Source of the DNA: Candidatus Latescibacterota bacterium
GTDB lineage: Bacteria; Latescibacterota; UBA2968; GCA-2709665
NCBI GenBank assembly: GCA_965116875.1
Contig: OZ220733.1
Location: 224,001 to 288,000, forward strand
DNA: 64,000 nucleotides
Reading direction: 5' to 3'
Every line of letters starts with the position of its first letter. The stretch's first letter is position 1. The position numbers were made by a program, and so were the translations under genes. The notes below the pieces were generated by a model that saw nothing but the letters and a program-made list of their open reading frames with translations, made no database searches and was not told where the DNA came from. Shown piece by piece: positions 10,200 to 20,410 of this stretch.

Positions 10200-13100
10200 T
10201 TACCAGTTAACGCGCAGCCCGAACTGGGCAAGACGCGGCGAATGCGCGTAAGACCGATCCCGGCTGTCGCCGTAATTCAGATAGTTCTTGTCGTCCGGGG
10301 TCGGCCCGTCCAGTCCGATGTACGTCCAGAGGTTTCTGTTCGACGGGCTGGTGCGGTCCTTCTGGTTGAAAACGTTGCGGATATCGGCGAAGAGGGTGGG
10401 CTGCACCCTGCCGGTCACGTTGAACGTCTTTTCGACGGCCAGGTCGGTACGGGAATCCAGCGCGAGGTCGCGGTAATACCGGTTGCCGCCTTCAGGCGGG
10501 GCGTAGTTGAAGATACCGCCCGTCTGGATACGGGAGGTGACGTTCAGACGGAGATTCTTGAGTACGGAACCGATAAAGGAATGGCCGAACTCGAAATCGT
10601 CCGGGAACGACGCCAGGAGCGAGAAACTTCCGAAATTCCGCCGGTCGCCGCTCTTTGGACGGAAGAACAGCGTGGTATAGCTGCCCGAGTTGATCTTGAC
10701 CGAACAGTTCTGGCCGCAGTTCCCAAGGGCGGGGTTGTCGACCGGCCGGAGGCCGTCCCACACGCCCGTGCCCAATTGGCCGCCCTTCGCCCGCGCATTG
10801 TCGTGGAAGTTCTGCCCCTGCTGCGCGTATTTGACGAGGTCGTCGCCCGTCAGCCGGCGAGGCGCCTCGCTGCCGTCCGGAAGCGCATCCCAGTAAATCC
10901 AGAAATTGGGAACGGTAATGCCGCGGTCCGTAAATGCGTTGGTTGTGGAAAGATGGACCACCGTTGCCGAGTCCATATACACGTTGCGGATCACGTTACC
11001 CAGCTTGCCCGTGGTGACCTGCGACCACTGGTAGTTGTAGGAAACGTTGAACGAGAAGTTGTGCGAGAAGGACTTGCGCATGGACAGTTCCACGCCGCGA
11101 GTGTCGCCGTACGCGCCGTTGTCCAGGGTCCGGGAATAGGGAATCCAGAAGTCCCTGGGTCCGACCCACGTCTCGTTGGGATACGATGTGAAGTGGTCCA
11201 CCTCGCTCTTGTAATACGCCGTTAAGGTGGCCGTGTAGTCGCTCACGAAGTTCCAGTCAGCGCCCACCTCGAAGGCCGTAGTCTTGGCGGGTTGCAGCAG
11301 GTGCAGCCCGTTCTGGCCCGAATACGTGGTGCGGAAGTTGTTCATCCGCTCGGTGGCGTCGATCCGGCCGTTCTCGTTCACGTCACGGTCGCCGGCGTCG
11401 CCGGAGGTCCAGTAGTCCTCGCCGAAATAATACCAGAGGTCCGCCCACTGGAGGAACACGCCCGTGGAGAAGCGCATCTGCGACCGCTCGGTGATCGGAT
11501 GGGAAACACCGATCCGCGGGCTGAACTTCACGTGCCAGGGCGCGTCCGTGACCCACAGAGAGCCTTCCTGATACGCCCAGTCGCGTGCGCGGGTATAGTA
11601 GCGGAACATGGAACTCCCGCGGTACGCGCCGAAGGTCAGCTGGCGAGAGTTCGGGTTGAACGTATCCAGGCGGACGCCCAGGTTCACGATCATCCCCTGG
11701 AATTCCATTTTATCCTGGACGTAGGCGTTGAGGAAGAAGGGTTTGACCTTCTCGCCCATCTGACCCTCGTTCATGATCACCCGCAGGTTCCGGGCGGCGG
11801 GGGTGGTGTCGTACCGCAGGATCATCGTGATGGCGCTGGTCTGGTACTCGACCCCCGCCTTCATGAAGTTACCCTTGGTGATCTGGGACGACAGGTCGAC
11901 CTTGGCGCCGATGCGCTGCCGGTCGTACTGGCCGTAACGCGCGGCCTGCCGGCCGATGTTGAACCAGCCCGCCTGGTCCCGGTAGATATCACCGGTCACT
12001 TCATGGGTACCGCTGAGGGTATCCATCTTCGAACGGGAATGCGAAACCCGCACTTCGTAGAACGTCCTTGGGGACAGCGTGTGCGTAAACACCGCGTACT
12101 GCAACTCTTCCCTGAGGTCGTGCAGACCGGCCGCCGACCACTTCTCGGGCAGGAACAGGTTGCGCCCGGAGCCGCGCACCATCGCGCCGCCGCCGCTGCC
12201 GTGACGCCCGCCGAAGAGGTCCGGATTGCCGTTCGAATACCAGTCCCAACCCAGGTACATCCCCCCCACTTTCAACTTGAGGTTGGCGCTCGGCTTGATG
12301 GTGATGCTTCCCGAAACGTTGATATTGCCCGGATCGTCCTGGAAGCTTCCGCGATCATTGTAGAAGCCGATGCGCTCGGCGCGAGGCGTTACGGCCGCAT
12401 AGCGTTCGTGCTTGGCCGTTGCCACGAAGGACGCCCTGTCGCCGATCGGGCCGGACAGGTTGCCTTCGACGCCGAAGCCGGTCCACTCCGTGTAGTTCGT
12501 ACGGACGTGAATCAGTTCGCCCGCGACCTCTTCGAAAATGGGATGGTTGATCTTGTCCGAAAGGTCCGGATATTTCTCGTTGGCCCAGACGGGGTTGTCC
12601 CATTGCACCTTGTCCTGGTGCTGCGGGGAGTCGTAGACGTTTTCGCCCCAGTGCTTCTTGCTGGCGGGCTCGTAGCGGAACTCGCCCCAGCCGTTCACCT
12701 CGCCGCCGCCTTCCTTGGTGATGATCTGGACCACGCCGCCCTGGGCATTGCCGTATTCAGCGGGGGTTACGCCCGTGAGCACGGACAATTCCTGGATGGC
12801 GCCCCGGTTCACCTGGCGGAAGCGTCCGCCTCGCCCGCGGCCGTCGTTGTGGTTCATCCGGACGCCGTCCACCACGTACGCGACGTCGCTGGCGTACCAG
12901 CCCCTGTCGACGTAGGCGCCGCGAATCCGGTTGGACCCGTCAACCGCCACGCCCGGCTGCAACTGCAGCAACTCGGACGTCCTGCGCGCGGCCGCCAGGT
13001 TCCGCTCGGTCTCTTCGAGCGTCACCGTGTATTTGCTGGTGGTCTTGTCGGGCTCCACCAGCGGACGGCCAGCCGTGACCACCAACTCACCCAGTTCGAG

Positions 13101-13433
13101 GGCGGTCTCTTTCAAATTGTAATTGATGGTGGTGGTATGGTCCGTCGATACGTCCACGCCCGTCTGCGACACGGTTTCGTAACCGATGAGGGACGCTGAA
13201 AGGGTATAGACACCGGGCGGGATATTGATGATGACGTAATACCCGTCGGCATCGGCTGTGGAACCCAGATTGAGTTCCTTGATCACCACGTTGGCGCCGG
13301 GCAGGACTTCGCCGGCCTGGTCGCGTACCACGCCGTTGATTTTGCCCGTAACGCCTGCCTGCAGTTCGCCGGCAACAAAACCGACGGCCGCAACGGCAAC
13401 TGCGATTCCGAAAAACAGAAGCTTACGCTTCAT
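10200..13433 (-). CDS. TonB-dependent receptor
   Basis: Signal peptide; CarboxypepD_reg-like N-domain (GKINGVVRD...LPGANV...ADADGYYVIINIPPG); plug (YVVDGV, PAEYGNAQGGVVQIITKEG); terminal PRLAQFGLRVNW. Confidence 0.92.
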   Translation of the reverse strand: MKRKLLFFGIAVAVAAVGFVAGELQAGVTGKINGVVRDQAGEVLPGANVVIKELNLGSTADADGYYVIINIPPGVYTLSASLIGYETVSQTGVDVSTDHTTTINYNLKETALELGELVVTAGRPLVEPDKTTSKYTVTLEETERNLAAARRTSELLQLQPGVAVDGSNRIRGAYVDRGWYASDVAYVVDGVRMNHNDGRGRGGRFRQVNRGAIQELSVLTGVTPAEYGNAQGGVVQIITKEGGGEVNGWGEFRYEPASKKHWGENVYDSPQHQDKVQWDNPVWANEKYPDLSDKINHPIFEEVAGELIHVRTNYTEWTGFGVEGNLSGPIGDRASFVATAKHERYAAVTPRAERIGFYNDRGSFQDDPGNINVSGSITIKPSANLKLKVGGMYLGWDWYSNGNPDLFGGRHGSGGGAMVRGSGRNLFLPEKWSAAGLHDLREELQYAVFTHTLSPRTFYEVRVSHSRSKMDTLSGTHEVTGDIYRDQAGWFNIGRQAARYGQYDRQRIGAKVDLSSQITKGNFMKAGVEYQTSAITMILRYDTTPAARNLRVIMNEGQMGEKVKPFFLNAYVQDKMEFQGMIVNLGVRLDTFNPNSRQLTFGAYRGSSMFRYYTRARDWAYQEGSLWVTDAPWHVKFSPRIGVSHPITERSQMRFSTGVFLQWADLWYYFGEDYWTSGDAGDRDVNENGRIDATERMNNFRTTYSGQNGLHLLQPAKTTAFEVGADWNFVSDYTATLTAYYKSEVDHFTSYPNETWVGPRDFWIPYSRTLDNGAYGDTRGVELSMRKSFSHNFSFNVSYNYQWSQVTTGKLGNVIRNVYMDSATVVHLSTTNAFTDRGITVPNFWIYWDALPDGSEAPRRLTGDDLVKYAQQGQNFHDNARAKGGQLGTGVWDGLRPVDNPALGNCGQNCSVKINSGSYTTLFFRPKSGDRRNFGSFSLLASFPDDFEFGHSFIGSVLKNLRLNVTSRIQTGGIFNYAPPEGGNRYYRDLALDSRTDLAVEKTFNVTGRVQPTLFADIRNVFNQKDRTSPSNRNLWTYIGLDGPTPDDKNYLNYGDSRDRSYAHSPRLAQFGLRVNW

Positions 13434-13476
13434 TGTGATACCTCCTCCGTTGAGTTGTTACCCCGGCTGCGTCAAA

Positions 13477-14196
13477 TTAACGCCAGAAGTAAAACTTCAT
13501 CTGCACGCCGACGTCGACCATGTGAATCGGTCGCACCTTCTCCAGCCCGTAGAACAGCATATTGCGCAACTCCCCCACAACGAAATTGTAGCGCGCGCGC
13601 AGGTCGATGGCCAGGTTCTGGGTGACGAAACCCTCGACACCGGCGCCGGCATTGGCGCCAATGGTGTACCGCTGATCTACCTGGTCTTCCATGACGAAGT
13701 CCAGATCTATGGGATCATTCGTCTGGCGGGAATAAACCAGGTTGCTGTTGATCGCGTAATAGCGATAGAGACCGCCGCCAACCAGAAGATAATACCTGTA
13801 GTCCCTGGCTTTGAACCCGTGGGTGGCGTTCTCTTCGCCGACGAAAAGCAGCCCGTTCACGATCAGGTTGTTCCACGTGATTTCGGACTTGCCGTTCGGG
13901 TGCGGGTACGACTGCTGGTCGATCGGGTATTCCCAGAGATCGGATGCCGGTTTTCCGTTTTCAAACTTCGAGTAATTGTACTCGATTTCAATAACGGTGC
14001 GTTGGCTGGCTACGTAGCTCAACGTGGCGCCGTATTTTCCCGTGGCGTCCCAGCGTTCTCCAAGCCGATGCATCGGGATATTGTAATCGGCGATCCCGCC
14101 AATCCCCCATCTACCTTCCTGGGCCAATGCGCTGTCTGACAGACCCGCTGCCGCCAGCACAAAAACAGCCAGAAAAGCAATACGCACAACTTTCAT
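13477..14196 (-). CDS. Outer-membrane beta-barrel protein (OmpA-like TM domain)
   Basis: Signal peptide, GANAGAGVEGF, aromatic C-terminus MKFYFWR; GGAGG RBS upstream. Confidence 0.75.
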   Translation of the reverse strand: MKVVRIAFLAVFVLAAAGLSDSALAQEGRWGIGGIADYNIPMHRLGERWDATGKYGATLSYVASQRTVIEIEYNYSKFENGKPASDLWEYPIDQQSYPHPNGKSEITWNNLIVNGLLFVGEENATHGFKARDYRYYLLVGGGLYRYYAINSNLVYSRQTNDPIDLDFVMEDQVDQRYTIGANAGAGVEGFVTQNLAIDLRARYNFVVGELRNMLFYGLEKVRPIHMVDVGVQMKFYFWR

Positions 14197-14538
14197 CTAC
14201 TCACCTCCCCATCTGAGAGTGAATGATGCGGAAACCCCCCTCCGCCCATCACTACGTCCCACGAACGGAATTTGCGAAGCGGACACCTCTAATCTCGATA
14301 GACAATCCTCCTTTCGTCAATTCAGGAAACATGGATGCACAGGATGAATTCAGAACCTGCTTGAGACTTGCTTGCACGGGTACATAAAAGGGCGCAATGC
14401 TTCATGATAGGATCATTGCGATTGCGCCCCGGTGTTCGCCAAACATTGGTGTGGAGTGCAGAAGAAACATTATAGAAACCGATTCCACGTGATGTTTTCA
14501 ATATGGCGCACTTCGCCTTTTTTTTACTGATCCCATAA

Positions 14539-14567
14539 AATTTAGTTGGCGCAAATGAATTTGTCAA
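14539..14567 (-). promoter_or_regulatory. Sigma70-type promoter for the OMP-TBDR-CTD-PorV operon
   Basis: Minus strand TTGACA-17 nt-TAAATT with an A-tract immediately upstream. Confidence 0.6.
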
Positions 14568-14680
14568 GTTTTTTTTGTCGGCCGGTTTTGGAAGCGTTTT
14601 GAATGCCCTGCTTTTATTCGAACAGCACCTGACGGCGTTTTGGGAAGCGGCCGGCGAAACCCGGAACTTTGTTCAGCCCC

Positions 14681-14726
14681 AATATAAACAGGGACGAATC
14701 GCAAATCAACCGCGATTCGTCCCTGT
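14681..14726 (-). terminator. Terminator after GWxTD paralogue 2
   Basis: 15-bp stem acagggacgaatcgc/gcgattcgtccctgt followed by TTATATT on the minus strand. Confidence 0.65.
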
Positions 14727-14759
14727 AAGCAAGAACATTTTGACCGGAGGCCGTGTGTT

Positions 14760-17165
14760 CTATTTCTCCAGGATCTGAAAACGACCCTCGCGAACCGTCT
14801 GCCGATCGCTCACGAGATCCTTTACGGTCATTTTCACCCGATAGCGCCCGGGTCTGCCCTTACGCAGATCCAGCTCGACGTAGTCGGACTCGTCCGGCGA
14901 CGTGCCCACCTGCCTGTAGCTGACCGAGACCATTTCGCCCGATCCCTTCCGGGCAAGCGTTTTCAGTTTCTTCCGCCCGCGGCGCACTTCGTACCCCACC
15001 TCATAACGGGTGTTTCCGAAGGAATCCCTCGTCAGATTATATATTTCGAAATATACGTAAACCGGTTCGCCCGAGCGGAAAGCCCGCGACGGCGCCGCGG
15101 CGATTTCCCATCGCCCCCGGACCGATTTCGAATCGGCGTCCGGGCCCGCCTCGACGACCCGGTATGCCACCTGAAGGTCGCTGAGGAGCAACTCCCCGCT
15201 ATCGTAGTCGGGTATTTCGACCTCCTGGTGATACGCCTGAAGCCGGTTCGTATTCATCCTGGACATCTGCAACGCCAGCCTGTAAGCGCCGGGCGCCGCC
15301 GTCAGGTCGACCCGGTCCACGGCCAGCAATCCCGTCCCCCGTGACGACGGCGATATCCGCAGGTCCAGCCGGTCGCGGGTTTTCCGCACCTCCTCGGTCC
15401 GGTCTTCGATCAACGCGATGCGCCTCTCCAGCGTCACGGTCGTGTCGCGGTCGCCGTCCACAAGGACGTTGTCCAGCGGCAGTCCCAGATTCAACTGAAG
15501 GTCCGCTTCACCGTTGCGGCCGCGGAATGAAAGCGCTTCATAGTAAAACTCCATGGGATCCAGATGGGACAGATCGTACCGCTCCGGCAGATCCTTCGAG
15601 ATTCTCGCCACGCGGGCGCCCGGGGCCAGGTTGGGCAACCGCATCATCAGCCGGCGCATGGGACCCATGCGCTGCATGGAGAGTTCGTCCAGATCGTACC
15701 CGTCCGGCGTGGGCTCCGGCGCGAAATCGTAGATGCCGCTGTACAACTCGTCCGTAAACACGACCTCCAGACCGTTCTCGATGTCCGCATAGACCCAGAC
15801 CTCCCAACCCACCTTCGAGTAGTCCATGCTCGTGGTGACCGGCTTGTAGAACGTGAGTCCCACGTCGGTTTCCTCAGGTCCGCCCAGCGGCTTGCTGTTG
15901 GTCCCCCACTCCGACTGGGAAAGCCTTTTTTCGGCCGAACGGTCGGAGCGGATGGGGTACACCGGGCCGATGAACGTCATGTCCATTCCGCGCCGTCCGT
16001 AGAGTTGAAACGCCAGCCTTTCCTGCACGCGCTGCACCTTGATGGGCACCTGCGCGTTGACTTGCTTCCAACTGGACTTCCAGTCGGGCTCTCCGTATCG
16101 GACGAACACGCGGCCGCGGGCGTCGAAGGGCCATGCGATTTCGCCATAGAGCGTCATTGCACGCCAGACGCGGCGGTAATGCTCCACGCGCCGCATCGCG
16201 CCGCCGCTCGTCTGGAACGGGTCGCGCTTCAGCCAGAAGCCCCTCAGAAATGCCTCACGATGTTCCGGCGGTGTGTTCTGGTATGCCGCAACATCCTCCG
16301 GCCCACCGACGTTGGAGATATCGTAATACGCCGACCGCTCCTTTACGGGGAGAAGCGAGATGTACCTTTCGAACACACCGAGGGCCTCTTCGTGATCCCC
16401 CCACGCCGCCAATACCTGGGCCTCGAGTGGCAACCCGCGCTCGCGGCCCATCAGCGCGGTCAGTTGAAGCACTTCGTCGTACCGCTCGATTTTCAGAAGG
16501 TGCACCGCGAAGTCGAACGCCGAGTCCTCGTCGTCGGGTTCGTGCGAAAGGAACTCCCGGAAATACCGGATGGCGTCCGGCGTGTTTCCCAGCGAAAGAT
16601 AATAGTCGGCCAGAAGCATATACGAAGGCGCATGGTCGGGGTCGTGACGGAGCGCCGCCCGCGCCGAGGCAAGCACTTCCTCCTTCTTGCCCATTTTCAA
16701 GTGGGCGCGTCCCATCAGCTGATGGGCGTCCGCGTAGGTGGAATCGATGCGAATGGCGCGTTCGAGGTTCTTCAGCGCCCGCCTGGGATTATTCATCAGC
16801 TCCAGATAGACCCGTCCCAGTCCGTACCTCGCGGCAACGAGCGTTGAATCCTGAACCAGAGCGTCTCTGAAACGCGCGCGCGCGCGCTGGGCGTCCTTCG
16901 CCTCCAAATAGAGCATTCCGATCCGTACCCGCAGCAGCGCAGGATTGGGATATGCATCCAGGGCGCCCTCCAGCTTTCCGATCGCCATCCTGATCGAATC
17001 GGGATCGTCCGATTTCATGCTGCGGATGTAGACGCCGTCGATTTCACCGGGCGCCAGCGCGTCGGCTCGGGCGGATATCGCCCACCATCCATTAACGGCA
17101 AGGACCAAAACAGACAAAAGACCAAGGCACACCAGACTCGCGCGGTCATTTTCAATAAATAACAT
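14760..17165 (-). CDS. GWxTD domain-containing TPR protein (paralogue 2)
   Basis: N-terminal hydrophobic helix, TPRs, FWLKRDP...EHYRRVWRA...PFDARGRVFVRYGEPD, C-terminal VYVYFEIYNL. The start is uncertain (ORF open to 17270). Confidence 0.85.
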   Translation of the reverse strand: MLFIENDRASLVCLGLLSVLVLAVNGWWAISARADALAPGEIDGVYIRSMKSDDPDSIRMAIGKLEGALDAYPNPALLRVRIGMLYLEAKDAQRARARFRDALVQDSTLVAARYGLGRVYLELMNNPRRALKNLERAIRIDSTYADAHQLMGRAHLKMGKKEEVLASARAALRHDPDHAPSYMLLADYYLSLGNTPDAIRYFREFLSHEPDDEDSAFDFAVHLLKIERYDEVLQLTALMGRERGLPLEAQVLAAWGDHEEALGVFERYISLLPVKERSAYYDISNVGGPEDVAAYQNTPPEHREAFLRGFWLKRDPFQTSGGAMRRVEHYRRVWRAMTLYGEIAWPFDARGRVFVRYGEPDWKSSWKQVNAQVPIKVQRVQERLAFQLYGRRGMDMTFIGPVYPIRSDRSAEKRLSQSEWGTNSKPLGGPEETDVGLTFYKPVTTSMDYSKVGWEVWVYADIENGLEVVFTDELYSGIYDFAPEPTPDGYDLDELSMQRMGPMRRLMMRLPNLAPGARVARISKDLPERYDLSHLDPMEFYYEALSFRGRNGEADLQLNLGLPLDNVLVDGDRDTTVTLERRIALIEDRTEEVRKTRDRLDLRISPSSRGTGLLAVDRVDLTAAPGAYRLALQMSRMNTNRLQAYHQEVEIPDYDSGELLLSDLQVAYRVVEAGPDADSKSVRGRWEIAAAPSRAFRSGEPVYVYFEIYNLTRDSFGNTRYEVGYEVRRGRKKLKTLARKGSGEMVSVSYRQVGTSPDESDYVELDLRKGRPGRYRVKMTVKDLVSDRQTVREGRFQILEK

Positions 17166-17540
17166 ATTCTTAAGACTCGTGTAATGAACTCGATTCATTA
17201 TACCTGTGAGGCCAAGCTGACGATGGCTCCGCTCGAATGTGTCCTTCGCGGGTTTCTGCCGAAAGAACAATCGAGTGGACGGGAGATTCTTAGACTGCGC
17301 TTAGAATCTCAAGTCGGCAACCAGCTACGTGAGATCCTCATTTGACGATCGTAGAATGCGGCTGTAACCACTTTCTCAAAGGAATTTAACGCCCCTTGCC
17401 ACGCTGACGGCCCACCGCCTAAACAGATCATGTTGAATTTGCAGAAAATATATACAAGTGGAAAAATAAGGCAATAGTCAGTCTGCCTCCCCAAGCAAAT
17501 GACCTTGAACCATTTTTTAAAGAATCTGGTTCTGCTACTT

Positions 17541-17900
17541 GGATCCCCCCGCGGCCTGGATAGCGCCTTGAGCGTCCCCTCACGACGCGCACGACGCCAT
17601 TGGGTCAACTGCGAGGAATACAACCCTTCGTGACGCAGCAACGCACCGACTTCACCAGGGGCCCGGCAAGCGTCCGCCTCTTCCAGAATGCGAAGCTTGT
17701 ACCGGGCGGTGAACCGGCGACGCTTCGCACGCGCCGGCACCTCCGGATCCGGCCTCGTGTTCCTGGTGGTCCCGTGCGGGACCTCCACAACCAGAGACCC
17801 CTTGCCGCCGTTGTCTCCAACATAGGTTCTTGAATTCACTTCGTGCTCTCATCCCCGCCCAATATACGACGACATTGAACTCGGACAGAAAACTGTCTCA
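17541..17900 (-). mobile_element. Truncated IS3-family element (OrfA 5' part plus left end)
   Basis: [27 protein letters not shown]...[19 protein letters not shown] OrfA, breaking off after RPRG. The putative terminus TGAGACAG... begins at 17900 on the minus strand. Confidence 0.7.
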
Positions 17901-18503
17901 CTCTATATTGGCACGTACGGAAGAAAGCATCCGTCGTAGGGTCAACGCAAAGACGTGCATACCAGGATTGTCTGGAAGTTCGATGGCAGCGAGTGGCATG
18001 CGTGTGTCAATAGGCACTCGTTGTATCCAGATGCCATAGTCAACGCCGAGCCGATCTGTATAAACGTGACGAGTGGGACAGTGAACTCCTGAGCACCTTA
18101 CCGCGACCCTTTCTCCGTATTGAAGGCGGTTGCCCTTATGCCACGAGCTCAGCCCGACAAGAGAGCTAACCCTACACCCATCAGCAGTGATAAACGAAAC
18201 GTTGTCCTCGAAGTCTCGTTCAGCTGCCCCAAGAACGTATAATGTGTCGTACGTGTCTTCAGGAATCGCGATATGTTGACCTTCCATAGAGACGTTGTTG
18301 TTCATGCCGTCTCTCTTATCGGGAAATCGAAACACAATACCATCGCAATCGAACAGCGAATTCGAACTGGGCAGGTCCTCTTCCGGGTAAGTTTGGCCAA
18401 TGCCGTTGAAGTCACCGTCCGTACGATCGGAATCTGAAGACACGGCATCACTATTGTAGTAACGGCGGAGATCTATCATATGATATACGTCAGATTTGCC
18501 CAT
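17898..18503 (-). CDS. Hypothetical protein, stand-alone beta-sandwich/carbohydrate-binding-like domain
   Basis: 201 aa with GDFNGIGQTYP, FRFPD...NNVSMEGQHI, LYVLGAA and LPDNPGMHVFALTL; resembles accessory domains of GH92-type glycosidases. GAGG RBS upstream. Confidence 0.65.
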   Translation of the reverse strand: MGKSDVYHMIDLRRYYNSDAVSSDSDRTDGDFNGIGQTYPEEDLPSSNSLFDCDGIVFRFPDKRDGMNNNVSMEGQHIAIPEDTYDTLYVLGAAERDFEDNVSFITADGCRVSSLVGLSSWHKGNRLQYGERVAVRCSGVHCPTRHVYTDRLGVDYGIWIQRVPIDTRMPLAAIELPDNPGMHVFALTLRRMLSSVRANIE

Positions 18504-18800
18504 ATTTGCCTCTGGATAGGTTCTTGTTCATGGATTGTTGGAAGTTACAGGGGTTATTCACTCGGATGGCGACAGATTCTCGAACCGTTATTAACTTGAT
18601 ATTTATTGAAACTGTCCAATGTTCTCTCTACGAACTTCTCGCACCCATCGGAAAAGGAGAGAACCACCGGACGCGGTCGTCCTCGGAAGCCCATTGTGTT
18701 GTATGACCAGGTCCGTGAGGAATTTTTCTCACTTTAAAGTTCTCGTACGTTGCCGCACCGTCTCGTGTGAAGGGCTATGATTGTCGTGCTGAGCGCCTAA

Positions 18801-20353
18801 CCTTAATTCCGCAAAAATCAGGCGGCGTTGCGTAGGAAGTTGAAGATTTTTCGGTATTGTTTTTCGGTGTGTTTGTTGGGTTGCAGGCGCAGGGTAAGCC
18901 GCCCCTGGAGTCGTAGGAGGAAGCCGGCACGATTGATGAGTTCGAAGCGCAGGGTGCGTATGGATTTGAGTGGCCATCGGTTAGTGATTTTCCAGGTGCG
19001 ATTGCGTTTTGTCAACCCGGTTTCGATCTGGAAGTTGGTCAGGAGGTTGTGGGCGAGAATGACGAACTGTTGCCAGGCACTATTGGCGTTGTAATCGTGT
19101 GTGGGGATGGTATCGAAGCCGAGTCCGGTCTTGAGTTCGCCGATGGCTTTCTCGTGCACGCCGCGCCCTGCCATGAAGCGCCAGAGCGCGCGCAACTTGA
19201 AGGGTAGATTGGTGGCCACCGCACCGTATTCGAAGGTGCCGTCATCGGGATCAAACAGGTCCAACTGGTAGTTCTTGCGGGTTTGATGCATCACGCGTTT
19301 TCGAAAGATGGCGATATTGAGCGTGCGTTTCCATTTTTTGACCGTCAGCGTTGACGTGAAGCCGTCGACGCCTTTCTCGATGCGCTGCCAGTTGCTGCAT
19401 TGACGGATTTTGTGCTGTAGGCACAGGCCTTGCCAGAAGGGCACCTTGATGGCATACGAGGCCTTGTTCTTGATGAGCGTGTTCACCACATCCTCTTTGA
19501 AAAAGTCGCCATCCATGCGGAATCGCAGGGAGTAGGCGTGTCCCAAGCTCTCTTTGATCTGGGAAAACACGTCCTTTAGAAACCCAATGGAGGCACTGCC
19601 ATCGTTGACGTTGCCGGGCCGGTTGTGTACGCCCAGGAAATGACCACTGTCGGCCAGGTAGGCGGTGATGGGATAGTAACTGGGAACTTTGCGATGATGG
19701 GGATTATACCCACGGCGGGCACCGCCGACGCGTTTTCCCGTGCACAATACAGTGCCGTCCACGTCGATCGTCAGTTTTCGGGCGCACAACAGATGGATCT
19801 TATGGGCAACAACGTCGGCGTTGAGGGCTTTCAGGGCGTTGAGACCCTTGTCGGTAAACCGTCTCAGAAACGTGCTCATGCTGCGGGGGGTCGGTAGATC
19901 CGTCAGACCGCAAAACCCCTGCAGCAGGGGATCTCCCTTTAAGAAATCCAGATGTCGCAACCGACGGCCGCCCACCCACAGCAAACCCAACAGAACACGG
20001 CACAGGCTCACCACACCGAAGTCGCCGCCAAAGCCCACACCGCCCAGGTGGCGGCGCAATTGCCTGTTCCAATCCACGTTTCGCAAATATCGCATCAACA
20101 GCTCCAAACCCGCATACGAGGTGAGGCCCTCACCCGGGAATTCCATCTTCAAATTGTCGTTGACACGCGCGTGCAAATCCGCTTTCTTTCGTCTCACTGT
20201 ACGTGGCCTTTCGTTTCGGGTTCATTGGGGGTTTCGACGCTTACCAATATACCCAAATGGAAGGCCTTTTCCTATTGAAAAATATAGACTTACTCGCATT
20301 TTCGCTTAGTATTCAATACACCGAAATTCATCAATATTATTTTCGCATTGAGG
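18801..20353 (-). mobile_element. IS1380-family insertion sequence, apparently intact
   Basis: Ends CCTTAATTCCGCAAAAAT / CCTCAATGCGAAAAT; 4-bp CTAA target duplication (18797-18800, 20354-20357); encodes a 459-aa transposase. Confidence 0.88.
18818..20197 (-). CDS. IS1380-family DDE transposase
   Basis: LTSYAGL, IDVDGT, GYNPHH...SYYP, NRPGN, RMDGDF and RGVHEKAIGELK motifs. Confidence 0.92.
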   Translation of the reverse strand: MRRKKADLHARVNDNLKMEFPGEGLTSYAGLELLMRYLRNVDWNRQLRRHLGGVGFGGDFGVVSLCRVLLGLLWVGGRRLRHLDFLKGDPLLQGFCGLTDLPTPRSMSTFLRRFTDKGLNALKALNADVVAHKIHLLCARKLTIDVDGTVLCTGKRVGGARRGYNPHHRKVPSYYPITAYLADSGHFLGVHNRPGNVNDGSASIGFLKDVFSQIKESLGHAYSLRFRMDGDFFKEDVVNTLIKNKASYAIKVPFWQGLCLQHKIRQCSNWQRIEKGVDGFTSTLTVKKWKRTLNIAIFRKRVMHQTRKNYQLDLFDPDDGTFEYGAVATNLPFKLRALWRFMAGRGVHEKAIGELKTGLGFDTIPTHDYNANSAWQQFVILAHNLLTNFQIETGLTKRNRTWKITNRWPLKSIRTLRFELINRAGFLLRLQGRLTLRLQPNKHTEKQYRKIFNFLRNAA

Positions 20354-20410
20354 CTAATCCTGCCTATCCTATCTATCCATGTAAGTTTGAGTATTGTCAT
20401 GACAGGGAGG

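Noticed and set aside
8386-13199. Long plus-strand ORFs (621 aa, 635 aa and others) opposite the TBDR/CTD genes, and similar ones elsewhere
   Set aside because: Antisense shadows of high-GC3 genes with no recognisable motifs.
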